Positions 39,744 through 48,254 of a DNA stretch of 61,837 nucleotides are shown here, piece by piece. Made by a program: the position numbers and the translations under genes. The notes under the pieces are model-generated. The model saw nothing but the letters and a program-made list of their open reading frames with translations, was not told the DNA's origin and did no database searches. Positions within the stretch are counted from its first letter, which is position 1; each line of letters opens with the position of its first letter. The DNA lies in the IMG/VR virus record IMGVR_UViG_3300028840_003061, positions 1 through 61,837 of that record. One strand, written 5' to 3'. Source of the stretch: a virus. Lineage: Duplodnaviria > Caudoviricetes.

Positions 39744-40145
39744 TTATTCTGGCTTTGGGTATTTTGCTTTCACTTCTGCGATTTTAGCGGCAATTGCGTC
39801 ATATTCGGTAGAATCTCCCAAATGTTCTTTTTTATATAAAGCATCTAGTTGATCTCCAACAGGAGGATACTCTAATTGTCTTTTTCTTATATACTCAGTA
39901 GCAAGCTCTATGTTTTGTTGTATTAGTTTTTGCTTCTCTATATATGATAAAACCTCTTCTGGTAGCTCGAAAGAATCGCTCCACGTTATATCAGCATCCA
40001 CATGAGTAATTTCAAACTTTCTGGAGATATCCCAGTAAGGCCTGGTTTTTTCTTCAGTTAACCACTTTTCTAAGTCTTTTATGTCGTTGGAATACTCTGT
40101 CCAATATAAAGAAGAATCTTGGTTTAGTATATCAAGTTTATACAT
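39744..40145 (-). CDS. Tail fibre assembly chaperone-like protein
   Basis: RQLEYPPVGDQLDALY...IAEVKAKYPKP; directly after the fibre gene. Confidence 0.65.
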   Translation of the reverse strand: MYKLDILNQDSSLYWTEYSNDIKDLEKWLTEEKTRPYWDISRKFEITHVDADITWSDSFELPEEVLSYIEKQKLIQQNIELATEYIRKRQLEYPPVGDQLDALYKKEHLGDSTEYDAIAAKIAEVKAKYPKPE

Positions 40146-43100
40146 TAGTAATGCTCCTCAACAATAATTAATCCGCTTCCACCAGGTCCCCCTCCTTGAC
40201 CACCTGTGCCAGCGCTCCCTGCTGCTCCACCAGAACCAACTGCATAGCTATAGGTGGAGTCTGGGGATACTATAATAGCTTCAAAGTGACCGGCTCCTCC
40301 GCCTCCGCCGCCAGGACGCACAGAGGTATTTCCACCAGCCCCTCCTCCACCAGACCCAGTAGTAGATGGTGCCGTTGTGCCAGCGTTTCCTATAAGCCCT
40401 TCAGCAGTACCGCCGAATCTACTAGCACCTCCAGTTCCTCCGTAAAATCTATCATTTGCTCCAGTAGAAGGTCCTCCCCTAAAACCAGACCAGGCATGAC
40501 CAATTGCTCCAGATGGAAGGATAGCAGATCCAGGATTTCCACCAAACCCTCCTCCCCCTCCTCCGGAAGGTCCACCGGCACCGGCACCAGCAGTACCTGT
40601 TCCAAAAGTCGTGCTGCCTCCAGATCCTCCAGATGTTCCGCTGGTATCTGTAGAGGAACTTCCTCCACCTCCGCCTCCTCCGATTGCAATGACCCTGATC
40701 CATTTAACTCCAGTTGGGGTAGTATAGGTTCCAGATCCGGAGGTAAACTTTTGAATAGTTATTGTGTCTTCACTAAAGGCCGAGAAAACGGAAAAGTCTG
40801 GCTGTCTTTGAAATTCTACGTAGTTTCCTGAAGCACTACCATCCAACGCTGTAGATACGTCATTATATGCCCGGATATCAATTGTATCTCCGTAGTTTAG
40901 GCCGGTTAGGATTGCCTCTCCGTTTATAGATACGGTTTGGGTTGATGCCGAATCAACAGTGTTTCTTGCTATTATTTTAGCCTGAACTCCATTTACGAAT
41001 ATATACAGCTCTTGGACATCTCCCGCAGAGTATGTTTGCGAATTAAATCGCAAAGCTGCTCTTACTTTATAATCGCCGCCTAGGGGTACTGTATATACCC
41101 CGGTCCCGGTATTATACGAACCAGTTGTATCTTTGTCTTCTGTGCCGTTTATTACAATTGGAGTTGATGTTGTTATTGTGGTTGCTGCAGTACTAGCTAA
41201 TGCAATAGCTGTTGTTATTGATGCTTCTGTTGTAGAAAGCATTGCTCCGGAAGACCAACCAACGATAGGAACGGTAAACATCATTCCTAAAGAGTCATTT
41301 ACTGCCCATGTAAATGGATTGCTTGACTTCCATCCATCTGTTGCACTATCTGATGTTACTTGAACATAGCTTGCGCTCTTATATAGAACATGTCCATCTT
41401 TAAACGCAGTTCCAGAATCTAAACTATTTGCTGTTCCTAGAGATGTGTGATTATTGCTTGCTGTTCCTGGTATTTTTGTAGAATCAATTTGATGACCATC
41501 GGGCAGACCAAACCACCATTGACCTGTCCCAAATGTTGTAGACCCGCCCATTGTTAGTTGAATCTGTACTTGCATTGAATCACCAATGCGTCTCCACTTA
41601 CCAGCAATAGTCCCATCATTAAGATTTGGTGATGAAGTACTAGCGGTCCACTCTGGAGTATAGTCTTTCCATTCGGTAATTATAGCACCTGGAGCTAGTT
41701 GTTCTGGGGCCAGTTTAGCATCATCCACATAAACACTTACCGCACTACCAGTTTCGCTATCCGAAGCTAAATGAAGGGAAACATTGATTGTGGAATCAGT
41801 ATCTGAGTTTGTCTGAAAGTATCCATAAACCTTAGTTTTGTGCGCAGGAAGAGTTCCATCATCATTAAACCCAGAGATAGGAACAAATGTAAGTTCAGTG
41901 GCGTCAGTACCGCTTGAATACCCATGAATCTTATAGTCGCCATCGGTATAGTTAGCGTCTGTTCCGTCCCACTCAAAAGATAAATAAAGGTTGCGACCTC
42001 TATCTGCTCTATCAATAGTATCCGTAAGAAGCGTTACCCCTTCTCCAGATCCATCACTTGCAGATTTTGTAATCTTTAAATCATTGCTTCCGGCTAATGG
42101 CGTAGAGGCGTTTTGGGATATTGTAATAACCGAAGGAGAACCGCCAGTGCCATCAACATACGCCCCACCATCGTCATAAGTAGACGCAAGGGATATACCG
42201 GACTCGAAATCTCCGCCGTCAAAGTAGTTCTTCCCTCCCCCAGAACCCCCTGTTCCAGAGACTTGATCCCATCCAGATCCATCATTTACCACAATTGAAG
42301 CCAGGTCTGTATCATATGCAATTAAAGCTTCTTTATCAGTAAGTGCGTCTAATCCAGCGGTAGTTCCTTTTGGTAGGGCGATTCTATTTGTATTAGTCGC
42401 TGTTCCGCCATCAATGTCTTTATTAGTGATTACTTGCGCATCTGAAGTACCAACTATGTCCCCAGTAGTGCCGTGTGTTGTGGTGTCTGCAATATGAGTT
42501 GTAAGCGCAGATTCTTCTGTATCTAGTCTACCTTCAACTTCATCAATAGCGGCTTGAACATTACCGGCGGTTAACCCAGAGGTAGAATTATCATATGTAA
42601 TAGAAGAACCCGCATGAGGACTTTCTGTATCATTAATGTGAGCAGTTAAATCTGCATCCGTTGCTCTAGTATCAATATCAGTTTGAAGTTCTGCAAGAGC
42701 AGCATTTAGTTCTGTAGAAGTTAAATTTCCAGAAGCAGCAGTAGTAATTGTGTTGCTGGCTACAACTACTGTTTTATTAGTCAGAGACTGAGCCGTACTT
42801 TCATCCACTACTGGTGCCGATGCTCCAGTGTCCCCGACTTTCCATTTGGTAGCAGAAGTGCTATCATATCCAATAAGAGCATCTGTTGCATCAGACATCT
42901 CCACAGTAAGTCCAGCATCTGCTAAATCTGCAGAAGCCTGATCCCCACCTCTATTTACTGTAATATTGGCATCTTCAACTTCTAGATTATCAGTATTAAC
43001 AGAAGTAGTTGTTCCTTGTACAGTAAGGTCTCCAGAAACGGTCATATTGCCGGAATCATCAATAGTTACTCCGGAATCTTGAACCAACTTTCCAGTAGTA

Positions 43101-43969
43101 CCATCGTATCTTGCGATAGCATTGTCTGTTGCGCTTGCCGGTCCCTGGACTGCTCCGGATAGAGTTGTTTCTGCAGTATCAAGCCTTCCCTCAACCTCGT
43201 CGATAGCGGCTTGAGTATCGGTAGCTGTTAGTCCGGAAGTTGCGTTATTATATGTAATATCATCTGCATCTGCAGAGATCGTATTTGTGCCAGTAGCGGT
43301 TGTCCCATCTATAGTTTTGTTAGTAAGTACTTGTGCATCGGAGTCTCCTACAATATTCCCTGTGGTACCATGCGTAGTAGTATCTGCTATATGTGTAGAT
43401 AAACCAGACTCTACCGTATCTACTCTTCCTTCTACTTCATCAATAGCAGTTTGTACGTTTGATGCGGTTAGTCCAGATGTTGTATTGTCATAGGTATTAT
43501 CAACAGCATCCATTGTAATAGTATTCGATCCTGTTGCTGCAGTAGCGTCTATAGTTTTATTAGTTAAAGCGTCAGTTGTTGCTTTACCTACTAGAGTATC
43601 TGTTGCGTCTGGTAAAGTAAGAGTCTTATCTGTGGTTGTTTGGCTAGATTGTAGAATGGTCTTTGTGCCAGCATCCCCTGCCGCATCAAAAGTTATTTGT
43701 TTTGTTGGGTCGGTAGCATCTTGGATTGCGAAAGCATCATCTTGAGCATTTATAGTGTTTGTATCACCGATTGTTTTATTAGTTAGAGTTTGAGTTTGAT
43801 CTTCTGTTACTAATACTCTTTTTGCTGCCTCAATAAACGCTTTTATTTTATCTTGATAAGCATAGATATGACCTTCTGTCGCTACTGCAGTATCGTCTCC
43901 GGCATTAGGGCCGCTATCTAGTGGTTTGGTTACAATTCCCTGATCGAATCTTTTTGGATCATTGGCCAT
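40145..43969 (-). CDS. Long tail fibre
   Basis: LTNKT repeats; three Y(D/N)N..SGLTA...Q.AIDEVEGR repeats; Gly-rich C-terminus ending GGSGLIIVEEHY. Confidence 0.85.
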   Translation of the reverse strand: MANDPKRFDQGIVTKPLDSGPNAGDDTAVATEGHIYAYQDKIKAFIEAAKRVLVTEDQTQTLTNKTIGDTNTINAQDDAFAIQDATDPTKQITFDAAGDAGTKTILQSSQTTTDKTLTLPDATDTLVGKATTDALTNKTIDATAATGSNTITMDAVDNTYDNTTSGLTASNVQTAIDEVEGRVDTVESGLSTHIADTTTHGTTGNIVGDSDAQVLTNKTIDGTTATGTNTISADADDITYNNATSGLTATDTQAAIDEVEGRLDTAETTLSGAVQGPASATDNAIARYDGTTGKLVQDSGVTIDDSGNMTVSGDLTVQGTTTSVNTDNLEVEDANITVNRGGDQASADLADAGLTVEMSDATDALIGYDSTSATKWKVGDTGASAPVVDESTAQSLTNKTVVVASNTITTAASGNLTSTELNAALAELQTDIDTRATDADLTAHINDTESPHAGSSITYDNSTSGLTAGNVQAAIDEVEGRLDTEESALTTHIADTTTHGTTGDIVGTSDAQVITNKDIDGGTATNTNRIALPKGTTAGLDALTDKEALIAYDTDLASIVVNDGSGWDQVSGTGGSGGGKNYFDGGDFESGISLASTYDDGGAYVDGTGGSPSVITISQNASTPLAGSNDLKITKSASDGSGEGVTLLTDTIDRADRGRNLYLSFEWDGTDANYTDGDYKIHGYSSGTDATELTFVPISGFNDDGTLPAHKTKVYGYFQTNSDTDSTINVSLHLASDSETGSAVSVYVDDAKLAPEQLAPGAIITEWKDYTPEWTASTSSPNLNDGTIAGKWRRIGDSMQVQIQLTMGGSTTFGTGQWWFGLPDGHQIDSTKIPGTASNNHTSLGTANSLDSGTAFKDGHVLYKSASYVQVTSDSATDGWKSSNPFTWAVNDSLGMMFTVPIVGWSSGAMLSTTEASITTAIALASTAATTITTSTPIVINGTEDKDTTGSYNTGTGVYTVPLGGDYKVRAALRFNSQTYSAGDVQELYIFVNGVQAKIIARNTVDSASTQTVSINGEAILTGLNYGDTIDIRAYNDVSTALDGSASGNYVEFQRQPDFSVFSAFSEDTITIQKFTSGSGTYTTPTGVKWIRVIAIGGGGGGGSSSTDTSGTSGGSGGSTTFGTGTAGAGAGGPSGGGGGGFGGNPGSAILPSGAIGHAWSGFRGGPSTGANDRFYGGTGGASRFGGTAEGLIGNAGTTAPSTTGSGGGGAGGNTSVRPGGGGGGAGHFEAIIVSPDSTYSYAVGSGGAAGSAGTGGQGGGPGGSGLIIVEEHY

Positions 43970-43982
43970 TATATATTACCCT

Positions 43983-44447
43983 CTATTGTTGTTTGGCTTT
44001 AGCCGAATATGTTATAGTTCCATCACCTTTTCCACTATCAGAGAAATACTGAATAACACCAAGGGAGCTTATTTGAAATGCCATACCTGCATCTCCAACG
44101 CTTTCTACTTGCAATGTCCAGTTTGTTCCATCATAATGTCCAGACATGGTGCCTCTTTCTACGTATGTAGAAACATTTACTCTAGTAACAACATAATCTA
44201 CTTCAAAGGATCGTACAGTAGCACTTGAAAACTTCAAGGCACTTGAGCCAGATCCAACAGTTTGAGCTGTAGATTGATTATCTAGAATTACTCCGTTTGT
44301 ATTTGCTATATCATCTGGACCAAAAAGGGTACCTACTACGTCATTAATCGCTTCTGCCCAATCTGTGGCCTCTTCGCCCCAACCTGCGTTGGTTCCTTGA
44401 ACTGGATATAGATACGTCTCTGATCCCACCGTTAATGACTTAGAAAT
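43983..44447 (-). CDS. Tail-associated protein; probable ATT start
   Basis: AAGGAG-7 nt-ATT, in frame 6 codons upstream of the called GTG. Confidence 0.65.
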   Translation of the reverse strand: MSKSLTVGSETYLYPVQGTNAGWGEEATDWAEAINDVVGTLFGPDDIANTNGVILDNQSTAQTVGSGSSALKFSSATVRSFEVDYVVTRVNVSTYVERGTMSGHYDGTNWTLQVESVGDAGMAFQISSLGVIQYFSDSGKGDGTITYSAKAKQQ

Positions 44448-44483
44448 GGTATCTCTCCTTGTATAGGTTTTTTGAATACAATA

Positions 44484-44493
44484 TAGTTGTTAA
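44484..44493 (-). promoter_or_regulatory. TTAACAACTA candidate late promoter
   Basis: Exact copy just downstream of the capsid terminator. Confidence 0.6.
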
Positions 44494-44521
44494 ACTTGGG
44501 ATTTAATACACTTTAGGCATT

Positions 44522-44551
44522 AAAAAAGGGGATAACAAAAGCTATCCCCTT
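44522..44551 (-). terminator. Terminator after major capsid gene
   Basis: AGGGGATAGC-TTTT-GTTATCCCCT plus T run on the minus strand. Confidence 0.85.
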
Positions 44552-44574
44552 CATATTATTGATGAATATTAACC

Positions 44575-45633
44575 TTATGGAGTTGGAACTTCAAGGTTAG
44601 TAAGAACTCCGTTGCGTCCTGGAGCAGAACAGAAAAGAGCTTGATCAGTGTAAGCACGTAGCTCGTATCCGTTAGCATCGTTAAGAAGTCGGAAAAATTC
44701 GCCTTCAAAACCAGGTTGCTCGAAAGTAACATCGGCAGAACCGACTCTCATGAACTCTTCTGCACAGATGATGTGAGCATCACCGATTTTGCAGTAGATA
44801 GAAGGAACAATCTTGATCATTCCGTTTTGAGAATGGAACTCGATTTCTTTAGAACCAGACTTAGACTTATCTGCGCTGTAAGAAGAATCGTACATGCGTT
44901 TAGCGTCTTGCTCGGCAATAAGAACGTCAAATTGAGCAGGGTTAACCAAGCAAACTAGGTCTTGGTCAGTAAGGCCTTTCTCAACTAGTCGAGTAACGGT
45001 TTTAGCGATAAGGGTGAAACTGATAGCAGCATCGGCAGCATCAATTACATTACCTTTCCAGAGGTTGTAAGAAGCAGCAGAAATACCGAAAAGAGTTCCA
45101 GTATTACGAACGATCTGGTCAATACCAGGGAATTCGTTACCGTTAGCGCCTTTGTAGAAAAGAACGTCAGTATCTAAAACAACACCGTCTGCACCAGAAG
45201 TCATTGTGATAGAACGTGCTTCAAAATCAACAGAAGCGATCTCAAGGTTAGCTACGCGAAGAGTAGTAAGGTCAGCTTGATATACATCAATAAGCATAGT
45301 CTCACCACCAGCCCAGATACCAGGAGCCCATGATTTATCGGTGATTTCAATTACTTCGTCACCAACAACAGCGCCATCAACAATACCTAGTCCACGTTGA
45401 CCGTGAAGAAGTTGAACTTCCAAACGACGAGTGAAAGAGCGAAGCATGTTAGCTACTAGATGTTTAGTGGACTTTTCAAAAGCCGCACCAGAAGCAAGTG
45501 AACGAGAAGCAGCACCAACAGAAAGAACAGAGCGGAGAACCATCTCATATCCTTGAACTGTAGCGTCTTTCATTACACCAGCTACTGCTGATTCTAGAGC
45601 GAAAGCATCACCATTAGGGCCACCGTAAGTTAC
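44575..45633 (-). CDS. Major capsid protein, exon 2 (spliced product 412 aa)
   Basis: Begins VTYGG after the intron omega-G; downstream of scaffold and portal; followed by a terminator. Confidence 0.85.
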   Translation of the reverse strand, partial: VTYGGPNGDAFALESAVAGVMKDATVQGYEMVLRSVLSVGAASRSLASGAAFEKSTKHLVANMLRSFTRRLEVQLLHGQRGLGIVDGAVVGDEVIEITDKSWAPGIWAGGETMLIDVYQADLTTLRVANLEIASVDFEARSITMTSGADGVVLDTDVLFYKGANGNEFPGIDQIVRNTGTLFGISAASYNLWKGNVIDAADAAISFTLIAKTVTRLVEKGLTDQDLVCLVNPAQFDVLIAEQDAKRMYDSSYSADKSKSGSKEIEFHSQNGMIKIVPSIYCKIGDAHIICAEEFMRVGSADVTFEQPGFEGEFFRLLNDANGYELRAYTDQALFCSAPGRNGVLTNLEVPTP

Positions 45634-45808
45634 CGAAATCACTAGGTTTTTTAATTTACCTTAGTGATCTTTTGTTACCGTAAAGGCTTTTTATCCTCTA
45701 CTTCTTATAGTTTCCTATAAGTCCAGCATACATTTTCACCCTCTATTTGAGGGGTTCCACACTCTTGGAGAAATTATATTCTACTTTTGTAGGTTCATTC
45801 TCTATGCG

Positions 45809-46438
45809 TTACGGAGTTACAGAGTTTTTACTCTCTGTAGTTTCCTCGGTATTAGCATCGTCGATGTATTTAAAGATATGATTTTTGTGTCGGGGTCTTT
45901 TACCTTTTATAACTGCACAAATTAAAGAGGGGTTAAACCCAAGCTCTTTTCCTTGAGTTGGATAATCTAAATAAAAGACATTTCCGGTCTTTTCGTTAGT
46001 ACACTCAACTTTTTTTGCTCCTAGTGTTCGAGATATTTTAATACGTTGTTCTTTAGAAATATGCCTTCCGTGTAGTTTTGGAATAACAGCACCCGTCTTG
46101 GTTTTACTGATTTTTTGACGTATTTCCTCTGACATATTAACGATACCTCCGCCGCCTTCCGTAAGATTGTAACCAAGTCCGAGATACGTATTGTATTTTT
46201 TTATGTACATACGTTCTTTGTTGAATAAATCTTCTTCTGATACAGCAGTATCTATCTCAATAATAGTAAAATTATCCTTACCGTACTTATGGATTGCTTT
46301 TTGTATAGCAGAGCGTTCTTTGTTAGCTCTATTTATATGACCATTAAAACGCTCTTCCAACGTCTTAGTTGTAACCCCAATATATTTTTTATTATTGATG
46401 TTATTTGTTATCATATATATTAAACCATACTTTTCCAT
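45809..46438 (-). CDS. Intron-encoded GIY-YIG homing endonuclease
   Basis: GLIYMITN..N.KKYIG...ERF..H; GYNLTEGG; NUMOD3-like repeats. Confidence 0.92.
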   Translation of the reverse strand: MEKYGLIYMITNNINNKKYIGVTTKTLEERFNGHINRANKERSAIQKAIHKYGKDNFTIIEIDTAVSEEDLFNKERMYIKKYNTYLGLGYNLTEGGGGIVNMSEEIRQKISKTKTGAVIPKLHGRHISKEQRIKISRTLGAKKVECTNEKTGNVFYLDYPTQGKELGFNPSLICAVIKGKRPRHKNHIFKYIDDANTEETTESKNSVTP

Positions 46439-46444
46439 ATTATC

Positions 46445-46473
46445 ATTATACCTTAAAATATTTACAAAATCAA
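46445..46473 (-). promoter_or_regulatory. Intron-internal sigma-70 promoter for the endonuclease
   Basis: TTGATT-17 nt-TATAAT, then 6 nt to the ATG at 46438. Confidence 0.65.
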
Positions 46474-46548
46474 CATTAGCCTTCACCGATTTTGCGGAAT
46501 TTTCTTATACCCTGTTACCAGGATATCATGGCATAACTTTTAGTGTCT

Positions 46549-46728
46549 ACCATGCTCTAATTGAAGAACAACAGGTTGGTGGTATTGGTTGCCCAATCGT
46601 TTATCTTCTCCCCCAAAAGGAATCATGTTATAAAGCTTGACTCCATCAGGGATAATGTTTTGAATTTTACCGGCGTATTTTTCTTTAAACATGCCGTTTA
46701 AAGTTGACACCGTATTAGCAGTTGCCAT
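46549..46728 (-). CDS. Major capsid protein, exon 1 (60 codons)
   Basis: AAGGA RBS; MATANTVSTLNGMFKEKY...QPVVLQLEHG ends at the splice site. Confidence 0.85.
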
Positions 46729-46869
46729 TATTTATCCTTTTGTTAGAATTGTTATTAAAGTAATTATTTGCAAATGATCACATTTATAACTTTCCTACCG
46801 CATTGATACTTGCTGATCCGAGGGTACAGCGAGGTCTTTGGAGTGTACTAATTATGCGTAATCTGTATG

Positions 46870-46879
46870 TAGTTGTTAA
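46870..46879 (-). promoter_or_regulatory. TTAACAACTA candidate late promoter for the capsid gene
   Basis: Exact intergenic copy. Confidence 0.6.
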
Positions 46880-46909
46880 AATCGGCCCATTTCTGGACCG
46901 AATAGTGTA

Positions 46910-47893
46910 TTATCTAATTCCGTTCTTAAGAAAATCTTTAATAGATTGCTTCTTTGTTGGTTCGTCGGCCTTTGCAGTAACCTTACCAGTTTCTTTGGTT
47001 GCAGCAGTCTTAGGCATCTTCTTAAGTCTTTGTTTTCTCAAACGATCTACCGTTTTCTTGCCCAAAAATTGAATAAGATCATCATCAGACAATGAGTCTA
47101 AAAGCAATTGCTGCTCTTCCCGAATCTCTTTTTCTACGATAGGGACAACATCTTCCGCAGTAATATCCTCATACCCATTATCCATGAAACTAAGCATAGT
47201 GTTAGCGACTCTAGTTTGAACATACTCAGATTTAGGCAATTTAGTAGTTGCAGATAGTGCTTTATTGATAGAATCTTTAAGCTCAGACTCTGCCTCACGC
47301 TCTAAACGCTCCATCTCTAAGCGTTCCTGCTCTTCTTCCCGCTTTTTAAGCTCATCTCTTAGTTTTTGAAGTTCAGTATCCTTTTTCTCTTGCTCAATCT
47401 GTTCTGGAGACTTCTGCATTTCCTCGATTGCTCTTTGGATACGTTGTTCAGCAAGTTCATCGGGATTTAACCCCAACTCTTCTAAAACTTCCCAAGGATT
47501 ATCAGTTAAACGACTGATTTCTCTATCAAACACTTTTTCAAGTTCTGCAGACTTTTTCATAGCCTCTTGGCTAGCTTCCGCTAACTGCAACCTACGAATA
47601 ATATCATCTTTATTATTCCAATCCAAAGTAACTTCTTTTTCTTTTCCGTTAACTTTTAGCTTGAAAGTTTCAATAAGCTCTCTGACTTCTTCTTCTGAAG
47701 CCCCATCTTCGATAGCATCGCCAACAGCATCAGCAAGTTCTTCTTCTTGCTCTGCGCTCAATTCAGCGCCTTCTGCTGACTCTTCATCAGACAGCTCTTC
47801 GGACTCTGCTACTTCTTCTTGGATTTCCTGAGACTCTTCAGGTGATACGACTTTTTCTACTGCTTCTTCAGCAGCAACTTCTTCTGCACTCAT
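46910..47893 (-). CDS. Capsid scaffolding protein
   Basis: Acidic N-terminus; FKLKVNGKEKEVTL; coiled coil; basic C-terminus; between portal and capsid. Confidence 0.8.
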   Translation of the reverse strand: MSAEEVAAEEAVEKVVSPEESQEIQEEVAESEELSDEESAEGAELSAEQEEELADAVGDAIEDGASEEEVRELIETFKLKVNGKEKEVTLDWNNKDDIIRRLQLAEASQEAMKKSAELEKVFDREISRLTDNPWEVLEELGLNPDELAEQRIQRAIEEMQKSPEQIEQEKKDTELQKLRDELKKREEEQERLEMERLEREAESELKDSINKALSATTKLPKSEYVQTRVANTMLSFMDNGYEDITAEDVVPIVEKEIREEQQLLLDSLSDDDLIQFLGKKTVDRLRKQRLKKMPKTAATKETGKVTAKADEPTKKQSIKDFLKNGIR

Positions 47894-47942
47894 TTTTTCT
47901 CCTATGCATCGCCTTTTGGTAGATGCTATTAGTTGTCATCCC

Positions 47943-48254
47943 TTACGGGGTAGACTGTTTATATGAACAATTTACTCCAACTTTACGAGAGCTGTTGTCT
48001 CGTATTTCTTTTATAAACTCAACTCCTAGCGACTCAAGCCGACCTTTTATGTTTCTCTTAAGAACGTGAAGGTTATTTACCCCTTCTCCGCCAGTATAAA
48101 CTCGTTCGCTAGTTATGTTTTTAATCTTATACGTACAATCTTCGGTATTTATAAAAACCTTATACTTGGCTCCGTGTACAGAGCTTGTTAGATCTTTGAC
48201 AGATACTAAGATATTTGCGTCTTCTGTTTTCTTATATCTTATTCTAGTATTCAT
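47943..48254 (-). CDS. Hypothetical protein
   Basis: TAATG coupling to the portal gene. Confidence 0.6.
   Translation of the reverse strand: MNTRIRYKKTEDANILVSVKDLTSSVHGAKYKVFINTEDCTYKIKNITSERVYTGGEGVNNLHVLKRNIKGRLESLGVEFIKEIRDNSSRKVGVNCSYKQSTP

Larger units (their letters stand above)
45634..46548 (-). mobile_element. Group I intron (915 nt) in major capsid gene
   Basis: P1 CATGGT/GCCATG with U-G at the 5' splice site; P10 AAGTTAT/GTAACTT; P7 GCATA/TATGC; terminal G; splicing restores the frame. Confidence 0.9.

Noticed and set aside
40196-40831. Overlapping and antisense ORFs in the Gly-rich fibre tip, and similar shadow ORFs elsewhere
   Set aside because: By-products of codon bias in real genes; no RBS or recognisable motifs.
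40145-43969. Diversity-generating retroelement acting on the tail fibre
   Set aside because: No reverse transcriptase and no TR/VR pair; the repeats are protein-level shaft repeats.
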